Shown here piece by piece: positions 9,930-20,587 of a DNA stretch of 64,000 nt. The notes under the pieces were generated by a model, which made no database searches, was not told where the DNA came from, and saw nothing but the letters and a program-made list of their open reading frames with translations. Every line of letters begins with the position of its first letter. Positions within the stretch are counted from its first letter, which is position 1. Source of the DNA: Alphaproteobacteria bacterium (lineage in GTDB: Bacteria; Pseudomonadota; Alphaproteobacteria; Bin95); NCBI GenBank assembly GCA_963665325.3, contig CAXXWS020000002.1, forward strand, positions 1,152,001-1,216,000, in the 5' to 3' direction. Made by a program: the position numbers and the translations under genes.

Positions 9930-10604
9930 TCACCCCGTTACCGCCGCCAGCCAGTCTTCCAGCTTGTCGACGATGTGGTGGACGGCGGCAGGGTCGAAAC
10001 CCCGCGCAGCCTGGGGGCGCACGGTGCGCAGCCAGACGGTGGTCATGCCCGAGGCGGCGGCGGGGGTGAGGTTGCGGACAGTGTCCTCGACCATGACCGC
10101 GCGGCGGGGATCGACCGCGTGGCGGGCGAGCAGCCGGCGATAGCCTTCCGGGTCCGGCTTGGGAAGGAAGCCGGCAGCTTCGACATCGAACACCGCCTCG
10201 AAATGGGCGCCGAGGCCAAGCCGGTCCAGCACCCGCTCGGCATGGGCGACATTCGCATTGGTGTGGATCAGCCGCCGGCCCGGCAGCCGCGCCACCAGTC
10301 GTTGCAGGCAAGGGGAAGGATGAAGAGAGGAAAGGTCGAGGCGGTGCGTTTCCTCGAGATAGTCATGGGGATCCACGCCGCATTCCGTAATCAGCCCCCC
10401 AAGCGTCATGCCGTAGCGGCTGTTCCAGACCTTGCGCAGCCGGACCGACTCGCGCGCCGAGACGCCGAGACGGCGCTCGATAAAGCCGGAGATCGCCGCT
10501 TCCATCTGCTGCGAGAGATCGCATTCCGACGGGCTGTAGAGCGTGTTGTCGAGGTCGAAGACCCAGCAGTCGATGCCGTCGGCGTTCGGAAGCCCGGCTG
10601 TCAT
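9930..10604 (-). CDS. HAD-family pyrimidine 5'-nucleotidase
   Basis: [10 protein letters not shown] motif I, TNA, PKP, MVED..RNL; usual position after argB in alphaproteobacteria. Confidence 0.88.
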   Translation of the reverse strand: MTAGLPNADGIDCWVFDLDNTLYSPSECDLSQQMEAAISGFIERRLGVSARESVRLRKVWNSRYGMTLGGLITECGVDPHDYLEETHRLDLSSLHPSPCLQRLVARLPGRRLIHTNANVAHAERVLDRLGLGAHFEAVFDVEAAGFLPKPDPEGYRRLLARHAVDPRRAVMVEDTVRNLTPAAASGMTTVWLRTVRPQAARGFDPAAVHHIVDKLEDWLAAVTG

Positions 10605-11521
10605 CGCCGTCGGATCAGCGTGCCAGCGCCGGAGCGCGTCAGGATTTCCAGCAGCACGGCATGGTCCATCCGTCCGTCGAGGATGACCGCCGCCTCGACT
10701 CCGCCCTCCACGGCGTCCAGGCACGTCTCGACCTTCGGGATCATGCCGCCCACGATGGCGCCGCTGGCGATCATGCGCCGGGCGCGGTCGCGGCCCATCT
10801 CGGGAATCAGCCGGCCGTCCTCGTCCAGCACGCCTGCCACATCGGTCAGCAACAGGAAGCGGCGCGCCTTGCAGGCGGCGGCAATGGCGCCGGCGGCCGT
10901 GTCCGCGTTGACATTGTAGGTCTCGCCGTCCGCGCCGAGCCCGATGGGTGCCACGACCGGGATGAAACCCGCTTGAACCAGCGCGTCGATCACCGCCGTA
11001 TCGACGGCCGAGGGCTCGCCGACGAAGCCCAGGTCGAGAGCCTTCTCGATGTTCGATTCCGGGTCGCGCCGCGTGTGCTTCAGGCGCTTCGCCGTTATCA
11101 GCCCGGCGTCCTTGCCGGAGAGGCCGACGGCGCGCCCGCCGGCCGCGCCGATAGCGGCAGCCACGGCCTTGTTGATGCGGCCGGCCAGCACCATCTCGAC
11201 GATCTCGACCGTGTCGGCGCTGGTAACCCGAAGGCCGTCCACGAAGTCGCTGCCGATGCCGAGGCGTTCCAACATCCGGCCGATCTGCGGGCCGCCGCCA
11301 TGCACAACGACCGGATGGATGCCGATCTGCTTCATCAGCACCACGTCGCGCGCGAAGGCGGCAAGCGCGTCGGCGTCGCCCATCGCATGCCCGCCGTATT
11401 TAACCACGACGGTCGTGCCGGCATAGCGGGCGATATGGGGCACCGCCTCGGATAGCACGGACGCTTTCGCGATGCCCTCGGCGATCATGCCGGAAACGGC
11501 GTCGGCGGCGGTCTCGGTCAT
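10601..11521 (-). CDS. argB: acetylglutamate kinase
   Basis: [35 protein letters not shown]. Confidence 0.97.
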   Translation of the reverse strand: MTETAADAVSGMIAEGIAKASVLSEAVPHIARYAGTTVVVKYGGHAMGDADALAAFARDVVLMKQIGIHPVVVHGGGPQIGRMLERLGIGSDFVDGLRVTSADTVEIVEMVLAGRINKAVAAAIGAAGGRAVGLSGKDAGLITAKRLKHTRRDPESNIEKALDLGFVGEPSAVDTAVIDALVQAGFIPVVAPIGLGADGETYNVNADTAAGAIAAACKARRFLLLTDVAGVLDEDGRLIPEMGRDRARRMIASGAIVGGMIPKVETCLDAVEGGVEAAVILDGRMDHAVLLEILTRSGAGTLIRRR

Positions 11522-12168
11522 GGGGTCGGGTCCTCTGCAAGGGCGGCAAGTTCGGCGCGCAGCCGGGGGATGCCGTCGCCGGCGCGTGCGCTGGTGGCGA
11601 TGACGGAGGGGTGCGCGGCGGCCCGTCGAGCGATGCCGGCCTCGACCTCGGCGACCGTCCGGTCCAGCGCCGGCGCGCTCAGCTTGTCGATCTTTGTCAG
11701 CACCACCTGATAGACGACGGCGGCGCGGTCGAGCACGTCCATCAGCGCGCCGTCGCTGTCCTTCAGGCCGTGGCGGGCATCGACCAGCAGGCAAAGCCTG
11801 CGCAGCGTCACCCGCCCGGCGAGGAAGTCCCGCGTCAGCGCTGTCCATGCCGCCGATTTGGTTCTGGACACCTTGGCATATCCGTAGCCTGGCAGGTCCA
11901 CGAGCCCGAGCCGCCCGGCAAGGTCGAAAAAGATCAATGTTTGGGTCCGACCGGGCGTATTCGAGGTGCGCGCAAGGCTATTGCGGCCCGTCAGCGCATT
12001 CACGAGGCTCGATTTGCCTACATTGGACCGGCCGGCGAAGGCGACCTCCGGCAGCCCGGCCGGCGGAAGCTGGGCGACTTCTGCGGCGGCATGCACGAAC
12101 CGGCACTCGCCCGCGAACAACCGCCGGCCCCGCTCCAGGGCGTCTTCAGGGAGGCCGGGCGCGCACAT
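11518..12168 (-). CDS. engB: ribosome biogenesis GTPase YihA/YsxC
   Basis: [26 protein letters not shown]. Confidence 0.96.
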   Translation of the reverse strand: MCAPGLPEDALERGRRLFAGECRFVHAAAEVAQLPPAGLPEVAFAGRSNVGKSSLVNALTGRNSLARTSNTPGRTQTLIFFDLAGRLGLVDLPGYGYAKVSRTKSAAWTALTRDFLAGRVTLRRLCLLVDARHGLKDSDGALMDVLDRAAVVYQVVLTKIDKLSAPALDRTVAEVEAGIARRAAAHPSVIATSARAGDGIPRLRAELAALAEDPTP

Positions 12169-12179
12169 GGCGGCAGGTC

Positions 12180-13928
12180 TCAGGTCTTTCCGGCCGCCGC
12201 GCGGGTCACACCCGCCCGGCGCATGATGACCCATTGCTGCGCCATGGAGAGGAGGTTGTTCCAGGTCCAGTAGATCACCAGCCCGGCCGGGAAGGTCGCC
12301 AGCAGGAAGGTGAACACCAGCGGCATGAACTGGAAGATCTTGGCCTGGATCGGGTCGGCTGGCGTCGGATTGAGGCGCATCTGCGCCCACATCGAAATGC
12401 CCATCAGGATCGGCCAGATGCCGAGATGCAGGAAGGAGGGCGGCCCCCAGTCCACCAGGCCAAATAGCGTGAAGAGGTTCGTCGGATCGACTGCCGACAG
12501 GTCCACGATCCAGCCGAAGAACGGCGCGTGGCGCATCTCGATCGCCACGAACAGCACCTTGTAGAGCGCGAAGAAGACCGGAATCTGGATCAGGATCGGC
12601 AGGCAGCCTGCGGCAGGATTAACCTTCTCGCGCTTGTAGAGGGCCATCATCTCCTGATTGAGCTTCTGCCGGTCATCGCCAAGGCGTTCGCGCAGCTTCA
12701 CCATTTCCGGCTGCAGCGCCTTCATCTGGCTCATCGAACGGTAGGACTTGTTGGCGAGCGGGAAGAAGACAAGCTTGACCGCGACCGTAAGCGCGAGAAT
12801 GGCCAGGCCGAAATTGCCCAGCACGCCCTGGAGCCAGGACAAGGCGTAGAAGAACGGTTTGGTGAGGAAATAGAACCAGCCGAAATCGATGGCGAGATCG
12901 AACTTGGCGAAGTCCAGGTCGTCCCGGTAGCGGTCCAGGAGATGGGCTTTTTTCGCGCCGGCGAAAACATGGTTTCGGACGGTTATCCGCCCGCCCGGCG
13001 GAACGGTCACGGCTTCGCGCAGATAGTCCGTCTGGTATTTGTCGACGCCCTGTTCAAGCCGGTGCAGGAAACGCGCCGTGAAGGTTTCGCCCGGCTCCGG
13101 GATCAGCGCCGTCAGCCAGTATTTGTCGGTGATGCCGAGCCAGCCCTCGGTATTCTCGACCTTGATCTCGCCGTCGTCGACAAGGTCGTCGTAGTCGTGC
13201 TCCTGCAACCCCTCGCCGAGAACCCCGAGCGGCCCTTCGTGCAGGATGAAGAAACCCGAGGTCTCCGGTGTGCCGGAGCGGGAGACGAGACCGTAGGGGA
13301 AGAGCGTAACCGGCCCGCTGCCGTCGTTGGCGACGGACTGTTCGACCGTCACCAGGTAGTCGTCCGCGAGGACAAAGGTGCGGGTGAAGCGCAGGCCGGC
13401 GCCATTGTCCCAGGCGAGCTTCAGCGGCCGCTCGCGGGTGAGCGTGCGGTCATTGGTGGACCAGAGCGTCTCCTGCGTCGGCATGGGCGCTGCGCCGTCG
13501 GCCGCGACCCAGCCAAGCTCCGCGTAGAACGCGCCGCTCCGGCCCGGCGGCGCGAGCAGGGTAATTCGCGCGCTCTCCGGATCGGTCGTCTCCTGGTAAT
13601 CCTTCAGGATGATGCTGTCGATGCGCGCGCCGGCGAGCGGGATCGACCCGTCAATGCGGGCATCCTCTATCGGGATGCGCTGCGTTTCGGTTTCGCCCGA
13701 AGCGGGCGCAGGGGCGGCCCCGGGTCGGGCAGCGGTGCCCGGCAGGGCGGGGCGACTGCCGGCGGGCCTCGGAATGGCGGCATCGGTCGCGGCGCCGGGG
13801 ACCGGCGGCGCACCCGTCTCCTCCGCCGGTTGGGGCGGCGTTTCCGGCGGCGGCATCATCATCTGGAACGCCAGCAGGATGCCGATCGAGATGACGATCG
13901 CGAGGAGGAGGTTGCGGTTGTCGAGCAC
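12180..13928 (-). CDS. yidC: membrane protein insertase YidC
   Basis: NLLLAI N-terminus, ITDKYW, IDFGWF, YKREKVNPAAGCLP, PAGLVIYW. Confidence 0.98.
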   Translation of the reverse strand: MLDNRNLLLAIVISIGILLAFQMMMPPPETPPQPAEETGAPPVPGAATDAAIPRPAGSRPALPGTAARPGAAPAPASGETETQRIPIEDARIDGSIPLAGARIDSIILKDYQETTDPESARITLLAPPGRSGAFYAELGWVAADGAAPMPTQETLWSTNDRTLTRERPLKLAWDNGAGLRFTRTFVLADDYLVTVEQSVANDGSGPVTLFPYGLVSRSGTPETSGFFILHEGPLGVLGEGLQEHDYDDLVDDGEIKVENTEGWLGITDKYWLTALIPEPGETFTARFLHRLEQGVDKYQTDYLREAVTVPPGGRITVRNHVFAGAKKAHLLDRYRDDLDFAKFDLAIDFGWFYFLTKPFFYALSWLQGVLGNFGLAILALTVAVKLVFFPLANKSYRSMSQMKALQPEMVKLRERLGDDRQKLNQEMMALYKREKVNPAAGCLPILIQIPVFFALYKVLFVAIEMRHAPFFGWIVDLSAVDPTNLFTLFGLVDWGPPSFLHLGIWPILMGISMWAQMRLNPTPADPIQAKIFQFMPLVFTFLLATFPAGLVIYWTWNNLLSMAQQWVIMRRAGVTRAAAGKT

Positions 13929-13945
13929 GGGGCTGAGGCGTCCGT

Positions 13946-14179
13946 TCAGCTGCGATGGGCGCTGTTGTCTGGCGGTACCGGGTCATAGCCCGAACCGCCC
14001 AGGGGATGGCAGCGGGCGAGGCGTTTCGCCGCAAGCCAGCCGCCGCGCAGCACGCCGTGCCTGTCGATGGCCTCGAGCGCGAAGGTCGAGCAGGTCGGCA
14101 GGTAGCGGCAATTGGCCGGAAGCCACGGCGAGATCAGCCAACGGTAGGCGTAGATCGGCATCTTGAGGAGCAGCCTCAT
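13946..14179 (-). CDS. yidD: membrane protein insertion efficiency factor
   Basis: [30 protein letters not shown]; TAATG overlap with rnpA. Confidence 0.95.
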   Translation of the reverse strand: MRLLLKMPIYAYRWLISPWLPANCRYLPTCSTFALEAIDRHGVLRGGWLAAKRLARCHPLGGSGYDPVPPDNSAHRS

Positions 14180-14508
14180 TACCGTTCGACCCGGCCGGCG
14201 GCGGCTGTCAGGTCGCCGAGTAGCGCCTCCCAAGGCCGCGAGAGCGCGGCGCGGCGCCCGATCACGACATAATCCCTGCCGGAACGCCGCTCCAGCGACT
14301 CGCGAACGGCCGCCCGCAGCCGCCGGCGTACCCGGTTGCGCTCCACGGCATTGCCGACCTTCTTCGACACGGTATAGCCAACCCTCACGGGCCCGTCGTC
14401 GTCCCGGGCGCGCATTTGCAACACCAGTCCCCCTGTAGCCCAACGCCGGCCGGTCGCCCGGACACGGAGGAATTCGGAGCGTTTCTTGAGCGTCCGGGGG
14501 GCGTCCAT
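14179..14508 (-). CDS. rnpA: ribonuclease P protein component
   Basis: [31 protein letters not shown]. Confidence 0.96.
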   Translation of the reverse strand: MDAPRTLKKRSEFLRVRATGRRWATGGLVLQMRARDDDGPVRVGYTVSKKVGNAVERNRVRRRLRAAVRESLERRSGRDYVVIGRRAALSRPWEALLGDLTAAAGRVER

Positions 14509-14528
14509 GCGCGTCGGTGGAATCGGGC

Positions 14529-14663
14529 TCAGGCCGAGAGGACCTTACGCCCCTTGGCACGCCGGCGTTGCAGCACGCGGCGGCCGCCAACGGTCCCCTT
14601 GCGGGCGCGGAAACCGTGGCGCCGTTTGCGCACGAGGCGGCTCGGCTGGAAAGTGCGTTTCAC
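14529..14663 (-). CDS. rpmH: 50S ribosomal protein L34
   Basis: GTG start; [20 protein letters not shown]...[12 protein letters not shown] (44 aa). Confidence 0.97.
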   Translation of the reverse strand: MKRTFQPSRLVRKRRHGFRARKGTVGGRRVLQRRRAKGRKVLSA

Positions 14664-14723
14664 GGAATTTGAGCTCCATCGCGGACGAGATGAACGGCCG
14701 CTGGCCGCATCCGGATGGCCGGA

Positions 14724-14752
14724 ATAATGGTGATACCGGCCCCTGCTGTCAA
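14724..14752 (-). promoter_or_regulatory. sigma70-type promoter of the rpmH operon
   Basis: Minus strand reads TTGACA-17 nt-CATTAT about 60 bp upstream of rpmH. Confidence 0.65.
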
Positions 14753-14792
14753 CGCTATGATGGCGGTAGCGGATAATGCGGAGGTGCGGGCG

Positions 14793-15524
14793 ATGGCCGC
14801 AACCGGGCGGCGCTCTTGGAGCGGCGCGGCGAAACGCCTCTCGATCCTGGCGGTGCTGGCGGCAGGCCTTGCCGTTTTTTTCGCCGCCGGGCTCCACGAG
14901 CAGTTGAGCTTCGAGACGCTCAGGGACAACCGGGAGATGCTGACAGGCTGGGTCGAGGAGAACCTGTTCCTCGCGCTGCTCGTCTATCTGACGGGTTATG
15001 CCGTGGTCATCGCCTTCTCGCTGCCGCTGGGCGCGGTCGCGACCATTTCCGGCGGCTTCTTCTTCGGGCTCTGGTTCGGGACCGGGGCGACGGTCATCGG
15101 TGCCACGCTGGGCGCCACGGCCCTGTTCATCGCGGCGCAGACCGTGCTCGGCGACCGTCTGCGCGCCAGGGTCGGGGCGGTCCTCGAACGCATGGACAGC
15201 GGCTTCCGGGACAACGCCTTTAACTACCTGCTGGTGCTGAGGCTGGTGCCGTTGTTCCCGTTCTTCCTGGTCAATATCGCGCCGGCCTTCGCAAATGTCC
15301 GGCTCTCGACCTATGTCTCGGCCACCCTTATCGGCATTATCCCCGGCACTTTCGTCTATACGAGCGTCGGCAACGGGCTGGGAGCGGTATTCGACAGCGG
15401 CGGCGAGCCGAACCTCGGGCTCATCCTCGAGCCGGAGATCCTGCTGCCGATCCTCGGGCTCTCGGTGCTGGCTCTTGTCCCGGTGATCTACAGGCGCTTC
15501 CGGCGCAGCCCGCCACCGGCATGA
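14793..15524 (+). CDS. TVP38/TMEM64 (DedA/VTT) family membrane protein
   Basis: GGAGGT RBS before ATG 14793; [28 protein letters not shown]. Confidence 0.9.
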   Translation: MAATGRRSWSGAAKRLSILAVLAAGLAVFFAAGLHEQLSFETLRDNREMLTGWVEENLFLALLVYLTGYAVVIAFSLPLGAVATISGGFFFGLWFGTGATVIGATLGATALFIAAQTVLGDRLRARVGAVLERMDSGFRDNAFNYLLVLRLVPLFPFFLVNIAPAFANVRLSTYVSATLIGIIPGTFVYTSVGNGLGAVFDSGGEPNLGLILEPEILLPILGLSVLALVPVIYRRFRRSPPPA

Positions 15525-16906
15525 TGCAATGGTTCACGGCGCGCTCGTTTCGCTCGCTTTCCGCGCGCCTGCTCGTGCTCACCGTGTTCTTCGTCATGCT
15601 GGCGGAGTTGCTGATCTACGCGCCGTCCATCGCACGCTTCCGCACCACCTATCTGGCGGACCGCCTCGCGGACGCCCATATCGCCGCGCTCGCGCTGGAG
15701 GCGGCGCCGACGCGGGCCGTGGACGAAGCGCTGGAGAAGCGCCTGTTGGGCCATGTGTCGGCCTACAGTGTCGAACTCCGGGTCGGCGAGCACACGACCT
15801 ACATGCTGGGCGGCAGCATGCCGCCCGAAGTGGACGCCGCCTTCGACTTGGGCGAGGCCATGGCGTTCTTTTCGATCTGGGAAGCCGCGTCCACGCTTGC
15901 TCAGCAGCGGAACAGGGTGCTGCGGGTTAGCGGCGACTCCTTCCACGAGCCGAGCGCGCGGGTCGAGATCACGATGGACGAATGGCCGATGCGCGAGGCG
16001 ATGATCGCCTATTCCGAGCGCATCCTGCTTCTTTCCCTCGTCATCTCCGCGCTGACTGCGGCTGCCGTCTTCCTGGCGCTGCACTGGCTCATGGTGCGCC
16101 CGATGGGCCGGTTGACCGAGGCGATGGTGCGCTTCGGCATGGACCCGGAAGACCAGAGCCGCCTCCACGCGCCGTCGGAGCGCAGCGACGAGATCGGCAC
16201 GGCCGAGCGCCAGCTTGCCGGAATGCAGCGCCGCCTCCATGCCGCGCTCAGCCACCGGGCGCACCTGGCGGCGGTCGGGGAGGGCGTGGCGAAAATCAAC
16301 CATGATCTGCGCAACATGCTGGCCTCCGCCCAGCTCGTCTCCGACAGCCTGGGCGAAAGCAGGGACCCCCGCGTGCGCAAGGCCGTCCCGACCCTGGTGG
16401 GCGCGCTCGACCGGGCTGTCGGCCTCTGCACGCGTGTCGTGGACTTCGCCCGCGCAGGCGGGCCGCAGCTCATGCTGGAAGCGGTTCCGCTGGCGGAGTT
16501 GATCGACGATGCGGCGAGTGTTGCCGGCAAGGGCGCGGCATGGATCAACGGCATCGAGCCCGACATTGCGGTGGAAGGCGACCGGGAGCAGTTGTTCCGG
16601 GTCTTCGCCAATCTGGCCCGAAATGCGGCGGAGGCGGGCGCGAAGACCGTTTCCGCAACGGCCAGGGTGCGCGACGACCGCGTCCATGTCACAGTCGCCG
16701 ATAACGGCCCCGGCCTGCCGGAGCGGGCGCGCGACAACCTGTTCCGGCCCTTCCAGGGCTCGACAAGGCCCGATGGCTCCGGGCTCGGCCTGGCGATTGC
16801 GCGGGAGATCGTGCGCGCGCATGGCGGCTCGATCCGGTTGATTTCTTCCGACGGCGAGGGAACTGTGTTCCGGCTGGATTTCGCGATGTACAGGGAACGG
16901 CGATGA
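15521..16906 (+). CDS. membrane sensor histidine kinase (HAMP, HisKA, HATPase)
   Basis: Two TM segments, DEIG HAMP motif, H-box [26 protein letters not shown]. Confidence 0.93.
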   Translation: MMQWFTARSFRSLSARLLVLTVFFVMLAELLIYAPSIARFRTTYLADRLADAHIAALALEAAPTRAVDEALEKRLLGHVSAYSVELRVGEHTTYMLGGSMPPEVDAAFDLGEAMAFFSIWEAASTLAQQRNRVLRVSGDSFHEPSARVEITMDEWPMREAMIAYSERILLLSLVISALTAAAVFLALHWLMVRPMGRLTEAMVRFGMDPEDQSRLHAPSERSDEIGTAERQLAGMQRRLHAALSHRAHLAAVGEGVAKINHDLRNMLASAQLVSDSLGESRDPRVRKAVPTLVGALDRAVGLCTRVVDFARAGGPQLMLEAVPLAELIDDAASVAGKGAAWINGIEPDIAVEGDREQLFRVFANLARNAAEAGAKTVSATARVRDDRVHVTVADNGPGLPERARDNLFRPFQGSTRPDGSGLGLAIAREIVRAHGGSIRLISSDGEGTVFRLDFAMYRERR

Positions 16907-17694
16907 GCACGCGGGGGGGCGGGGCCTGGAACCCCGGGCAATATCTGCGCTTCGGCGGGCACCGCTTGCGCCCGGCGCTCGAACTGTTCCAGCGTGTCGA
17001 GCACGACGCAGCCGGCCTCGCCGTCGATATGGGTTGTGGCACCGGCGATATCGCCCGGGCGATGGCGGTGCGTTGGCCGGAGGCCGAAGTGCGCGGGCAC
17101 GATCTCTCGGAAGCGATGCTGGAGGCCGCCGAGGCCGTGGACCCAGACGCCCGCGTCGCCTGGTCGAGGGCCGACCTGCGCGACTGGCGGCCGGACAGGC
17201 CGGTGGATGTGCTTTATGCCAACGCCGTTTACCAGTGGGCGGACGATCACGAGACGCTGTTTCCGCGCTTGCTGGGCACGCTGGCGCCGGGCGGGGTGTT
17301 CGCCGCGCAGATGCCGATGAGCTGGTCGGAGCCGAGCCACAGGGGGCTGCGCGATGTTCTCGACGAACACGGGTTCGGCACGACGGAATTGAGGACGCGG
17401 CTGGCGCGCAAGTGGGTAGCGGAGGCCGAGGAATATTACGGCCTCTTCCGACCGCTGACGTCGGAGCTGGATATCTGGGAGACGCGCTACATCCAGGTGC
17501 TCGAAGGCGAGGACCCTGTGCTGGAATGGGTCAAGGGCACGGGCCTGCGCCCGGTGCTGGAGGCGCTTGAAGGCGAGGAGAAGGACCGCTTCCTCTCCAT
17601 TTACGCAGCCCGCCTCCGCGAACTCTATCCAAGGCGGGAAAGCGGCGAGACCCTCTACCCCTTCCCCCGCCTGTTCATCGTGGCCCGGCTGTAG
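16903..17694 (+). CDS. tam: trans-aconitate 2-methyltransferase-like SAM methyltransferase
   Basis: WNPGQYLRF..RLRPA, DMGCGTG, NAVYQW, WVKGTGLRP, PFPRLFIVA. Confidence 0.85.
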   Translation: MSTRGGGAWNPGQYLRFGGHRLRPALELFQRVEHDAAGLAVDMGCGTGDIARAMAVRWPEAEVRGHDLSEAMLEAAEAVDPDARVAWSRADLRDWRPDRPVDVLYANAVYQWADDHETLFPRLLGTLAPGGVFAAQMPMSWSEPSHRGLRDVLDEHGFGTTELRTRLARKWVAEAEEYYGLFRPLTSELDIWETRYIQVLEGEDPVLEWVKGTGLRPVLEALEGEEKDRFLSIYAARLRELYPRRESGETLYPFPRLFIVARL

Positions 17695-17721
17695 GCGGGA
17701 AAGTCGCTTGCCCGCTGCAGG

Positions 17722-18618
17722 CTACCGCCGCCCCAGCGTCTCGATCACCGCGGTGTAGTAGTTCTTTGCGAAACCGGCGTCGCGGGTGCGTTCCAAGAGG
17801 CCCCGGGTGACGTTGGCGGCACGCATCTCGACGCCGGCGCCTTCCGCGAAGTCGAGGGCGTAGGAGAGGTCCTTCAGGATGTAGTCGGTCGGGAAGGCGC
17901 CTTCCGTCGGGTGTTCGCCGGTCAGCAGGCATTTCATGCCGTGGTTGCGCAGCACGAAGCTGTCGGCGGAGCTGCGCGCCAGTGTCTCGAACAGCACCTT
18001 GCCGTCCACCACACCCGAGGCGCGCGCGGCCGAGAGCGCCTCGGACAGCGCTACAACCGTCATCGCGACGACCATGTTGTTCATAAGCTTGACCGCCTGC
18101 CCGGCGCCGCCGCCGCCGCAATGGGTGACCTCGGCCGCCATGCAGTCAAGCAGCGGTCGGACACGCTCGAACGTCTCGTCCGCGCCGCCCACCATGATGG
18201 AGAGCGTGCCGTCGATGGCGGCCTGCGCGGTTCGGGCGACGGGCGCGTCGGCGAAGGCGATGCCCCGTTCGTCGCAGGCGCTGGCGAGTTCACGGGCCAG
18301 AGCAGGCGGCGCGGTCGAGCAGTCCACCAGCGTCTGCCCCGGCCCCATCGCCGCGACCAGCCCGCCGGCGCCGTCGCCGCCCAGGCATACGCGGCGCACC
18401 TGCGGCTCGCCGGGCAGCGACAGCAGCACGGTCCCGGCGCGCCTGGCGATCTCCTCCGGCCCCGCCGCTTCCGCGCCTTCGGCCGCGAGGCGGGCCACCG
18501 GCTCCGGGCTGCGGTCGTGGCACAGCACCCGTCGGCCCGACTTGTTGAGAATGTTCCGGCACATCGGTTCGCCCATTACGCCGAGCCCGATAAATCCGAC
18601 CGTATTGCCGTCCGCCAT
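17722..18618 (-). CDS. beta-hydroxyacid dehydrogenase family NAD(P)-dependent oxidoreductase
   Basis: GFIGLGVMGEPM, DAPV, LSIMVGG, GQAVKLMNN, KDL. Confidence 0.9.
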   Translation of the reverse strand: MADGNTVGFIGLGVMGEPMCRNILNKSGRRVLCHDRSPEPVARLAAEGAEAAGPEEIARRAGTVLLSLPGEPQVRRVCLGGDGAGGLVAAMGPGQTLVDCSTAPPALARELASACDERGIAFADAPVARTAQAAIDGTLSIMVGGADETFERVRPLLDCMAAEVTHCGGGGAGQAVKLMNNMVVAMTVVALSEALSAARASGVVDGKVLFETLARSSADSFVLRNHGMKCLLTGEHPTEGAFPTDYILKDLSYALDFAEGAGVEMRAANVTRGLLERTRDAGFAKNYYTAVIETLGRR

Positions 18619-18784
18619 TGCCTGTATCCCACATCTTCGAAGCAACTTTCGCCGCCGAAAGCCTAGCATTCTGCGGGCTTCCTTGCGGCAGTGTTTTCTG
18701 CAGCGGCGAGGCGCGGGCTTTCTTGCGGGCGGGGTATGTGCAAGACTGATACGGCCGGTGTTAACCGAAACGGGAGTACCTCAG

Positions 18785-19861
18785 ATGTTGCAGGGGATGA
18801 AGACTGTTGCCGCGGCAGCCGTCGTAGGCGCGATTGCGCTTGGAACGGGCGTTGCCGGGGCAGCCGATTACGGCAAGAAGGAGTTCACGGTAGTCGGGAC
18901 CTGGGGCTTCCTCGACCACTGGAAAGAGCGCGAGTCCACGTTCTGGCAGAAAGTCATTCCGGAGGCATCCGGTGGCGCTCTGACCGCCAATGCGAAGCCG
19001 CTGACGGAGCTCGGTCTCTCCGGCTTCGAGGTCATGCGACTCATGAAGCTCGGCACCTATGACGCGGTCCACGGCGTGACGACCTATGTCTCGCAGGACA
19101 GCCCCGCCATCGAGGGCGCCGACCTCGCAGGCACGATCCAGGACATCAACGAATACCGCAAGGCGGTCGAGGCCTACGCACCCGTGATCGAGCGGGAATT
19201 CGCCGAGAAATACGACGCCAAGCTCCTGATGCTGTATGCGTGGCCGAGCCAGCAGCTCTGGTGCAATCTGGGTGACAAGAGCATCACCGAGTTCTCGCTC
19301 GACGATCTCGAGGGCAAGAAGATCCGCACCTATTCGACCACGCTCGGCGACTTTATCGAGGGTGTGGGCGGAAGCGCGGTGACCATCGCGTTTGCCGAGG
19401 TGGTGCCGGCCTTGCAGAAGGGCGTTGCCGACTGCGGCCTGACCGGCACGCTGCCGGCCTACAACGCCAAGTGGTGGCAGGTGGTGACTCACAATATCCG
19501 CATCCGGCTGGGCTATGCTTCCTCATTCCTCGCCATGAACATGGAAACCTGGAACGGCCTGACCCCCGATGCGCAGAACCTCATCACGGAGAAGCTGAAG
19601 GTTCTGGAAGAGGAGATGTGGGCAGCGACGAAGGTCAACGACCAGCGCGGCATGGACTGCAACGCTTCCGGCCCGTGCGACCTGGGCGAGCCGGGCGGCA
19701 TGACGCCGATCGAGGTTTCGGACGCCGATCTGGATAAGCTGAAGCAGATCGTGACCGACTTCGTCGTCAAGCGCTGGGCGGAGCGCTGCGGCACGCAGGA
19801 ATGCATCGATGAGTGGAACGCGACCGTCGGCAAGATCGCAGGCATCGAAGCGAGCCTGTAA
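18785..19861 (+). CDS. TRAP transporter substrate-binding protein (DctP family)
   Basis: Signal peptide, DLEGKKIR with the conserved Arg, AEVVPALQKGVAD; followed by DctQ and DctM. Confidence 0.92.
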   Translation: MLQGMKTVAAAAVVGAIALGTGVAGAADYGKKEFTVVGTWGFLDHWKERESTFWQKVIPEASGGALTANAKPLTELGLSGFEVMRLMKLGTYDAVHGVTTYVSQDSPAIEGADLAGTIQDINEYRKAVEAYAPVIEREFAEKYDAKLLMLYAWPSQQLWCNLGDKSITEFSLDDLEGKKIRTYSTTLGDFIEGVGGSAVTIAFAEVVPALQKGVADCGLTGTLPAYNAKWWQVVTHNIRIRLGYASSFLAMNMETWNGLTPDAQNLITEKLKVLEEEMWAATKVNDQRGMDCNASGPCDLGEPGGMTPIEVSDADLDKLKQIVTDFVVKRWAERCGTQECIDEWNATVGKIAGIEASL

Positions 19862-19893
19862 TCCGGCCGGGGCGCGGCCCCTCGCACAGTGAC

Positions 19894-19924
19894 CGGGGCG
19901 CCGCCGCGGCGGCGCCCCGTTTTT
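19894..19924 (+). terminator. perfect 26-bp palindrome plus T5; intrinsic terminator or mRNA-stabilising hairpin after dctP
   Basis: cggggcgccgccg|cggcggcgccccg followed by ttttt. Confidence 0.7.
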
Positions 19925-19986
19925 CCGGCTGACACACCTGCGCGACCGACAGGCCGTTCGCCGGGAGGCCGCGGAACGGAGGCGGC

Positions 19987-20583
19987 ATGTTGCAAAGCAT
20001 ACATCATGCGCTCGGCTGGATTTCCCGCCGGGCGGTCTGGGTCGGCGGTGCCGCCCTGCTGGCCGCGGCAATCATGGTTACGCTCGATGTGCTCAGCCGC
20101 AAGTTCTTCAATGTGACGATGAGCGGTGCGGACGAAGTCTCCGGCTATGTCTTCGCCGCCAGCACGACCTGGGCCTACAGCTATTGCCTGCTGCACCGGG
20201 CGAATATCCGCATCGATGCCCTCTACAACTTCCTGCCGCGCTGGGTCTGCGCAGTTCTGGACACCGTCGCGGTGGTCCTGCTGCTGATCTATAACGGCGT
20301 GCTCGCGCATCGGGCCTGGGGTGCGTTCTCGGTGTCCTGGGAAAGGGACTCGGTTTCGATCACCACCCTCGCCACGCCCCAATGGATCCCGCAGCTGTTC
20401 TGGGCTTCGGGACTGATATTCTTCGAATTGGTCCTGGTGTTCGTCTTTTTCTATTCGCTGTTCGGCCTGCTGCGTGGAGATCTCGACCTCGTCAAACGCG
20501 TCGCCGGCGTGCCGAGCGTGGCCGAGGAGATCGAGGCCGAGACTCACGGCATGAACCTGCAGACCGGCAAGCAGGAGGGTTGA
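19987..20583 (+). CDS. TRAP transporter small permease (DctQ)
   Basis: DVLSRKFF, DEVSGY, NIRID, TPQWIPQ; 4 TM. Confidence 0.92.
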   Translation: MLQSIHHALGWISRRAVWVGGAALLAAAIMVTLDVLSRKFFNVTMSGADEVSGYVFAASTTWAYSYCLLHRANIRIDALYNFLPRWVCAVLDTVAVVLLLIYNGVLAHRAWGAFSVSWERDSVSITTLATPQWIPQLFWASGLIFFELVLVFVFFYSLFGLLRGDLDLVKRVAGVPSVAEEIEAETHGMNLQTGKQEG

Positions 20584-20587
20584 CGCC

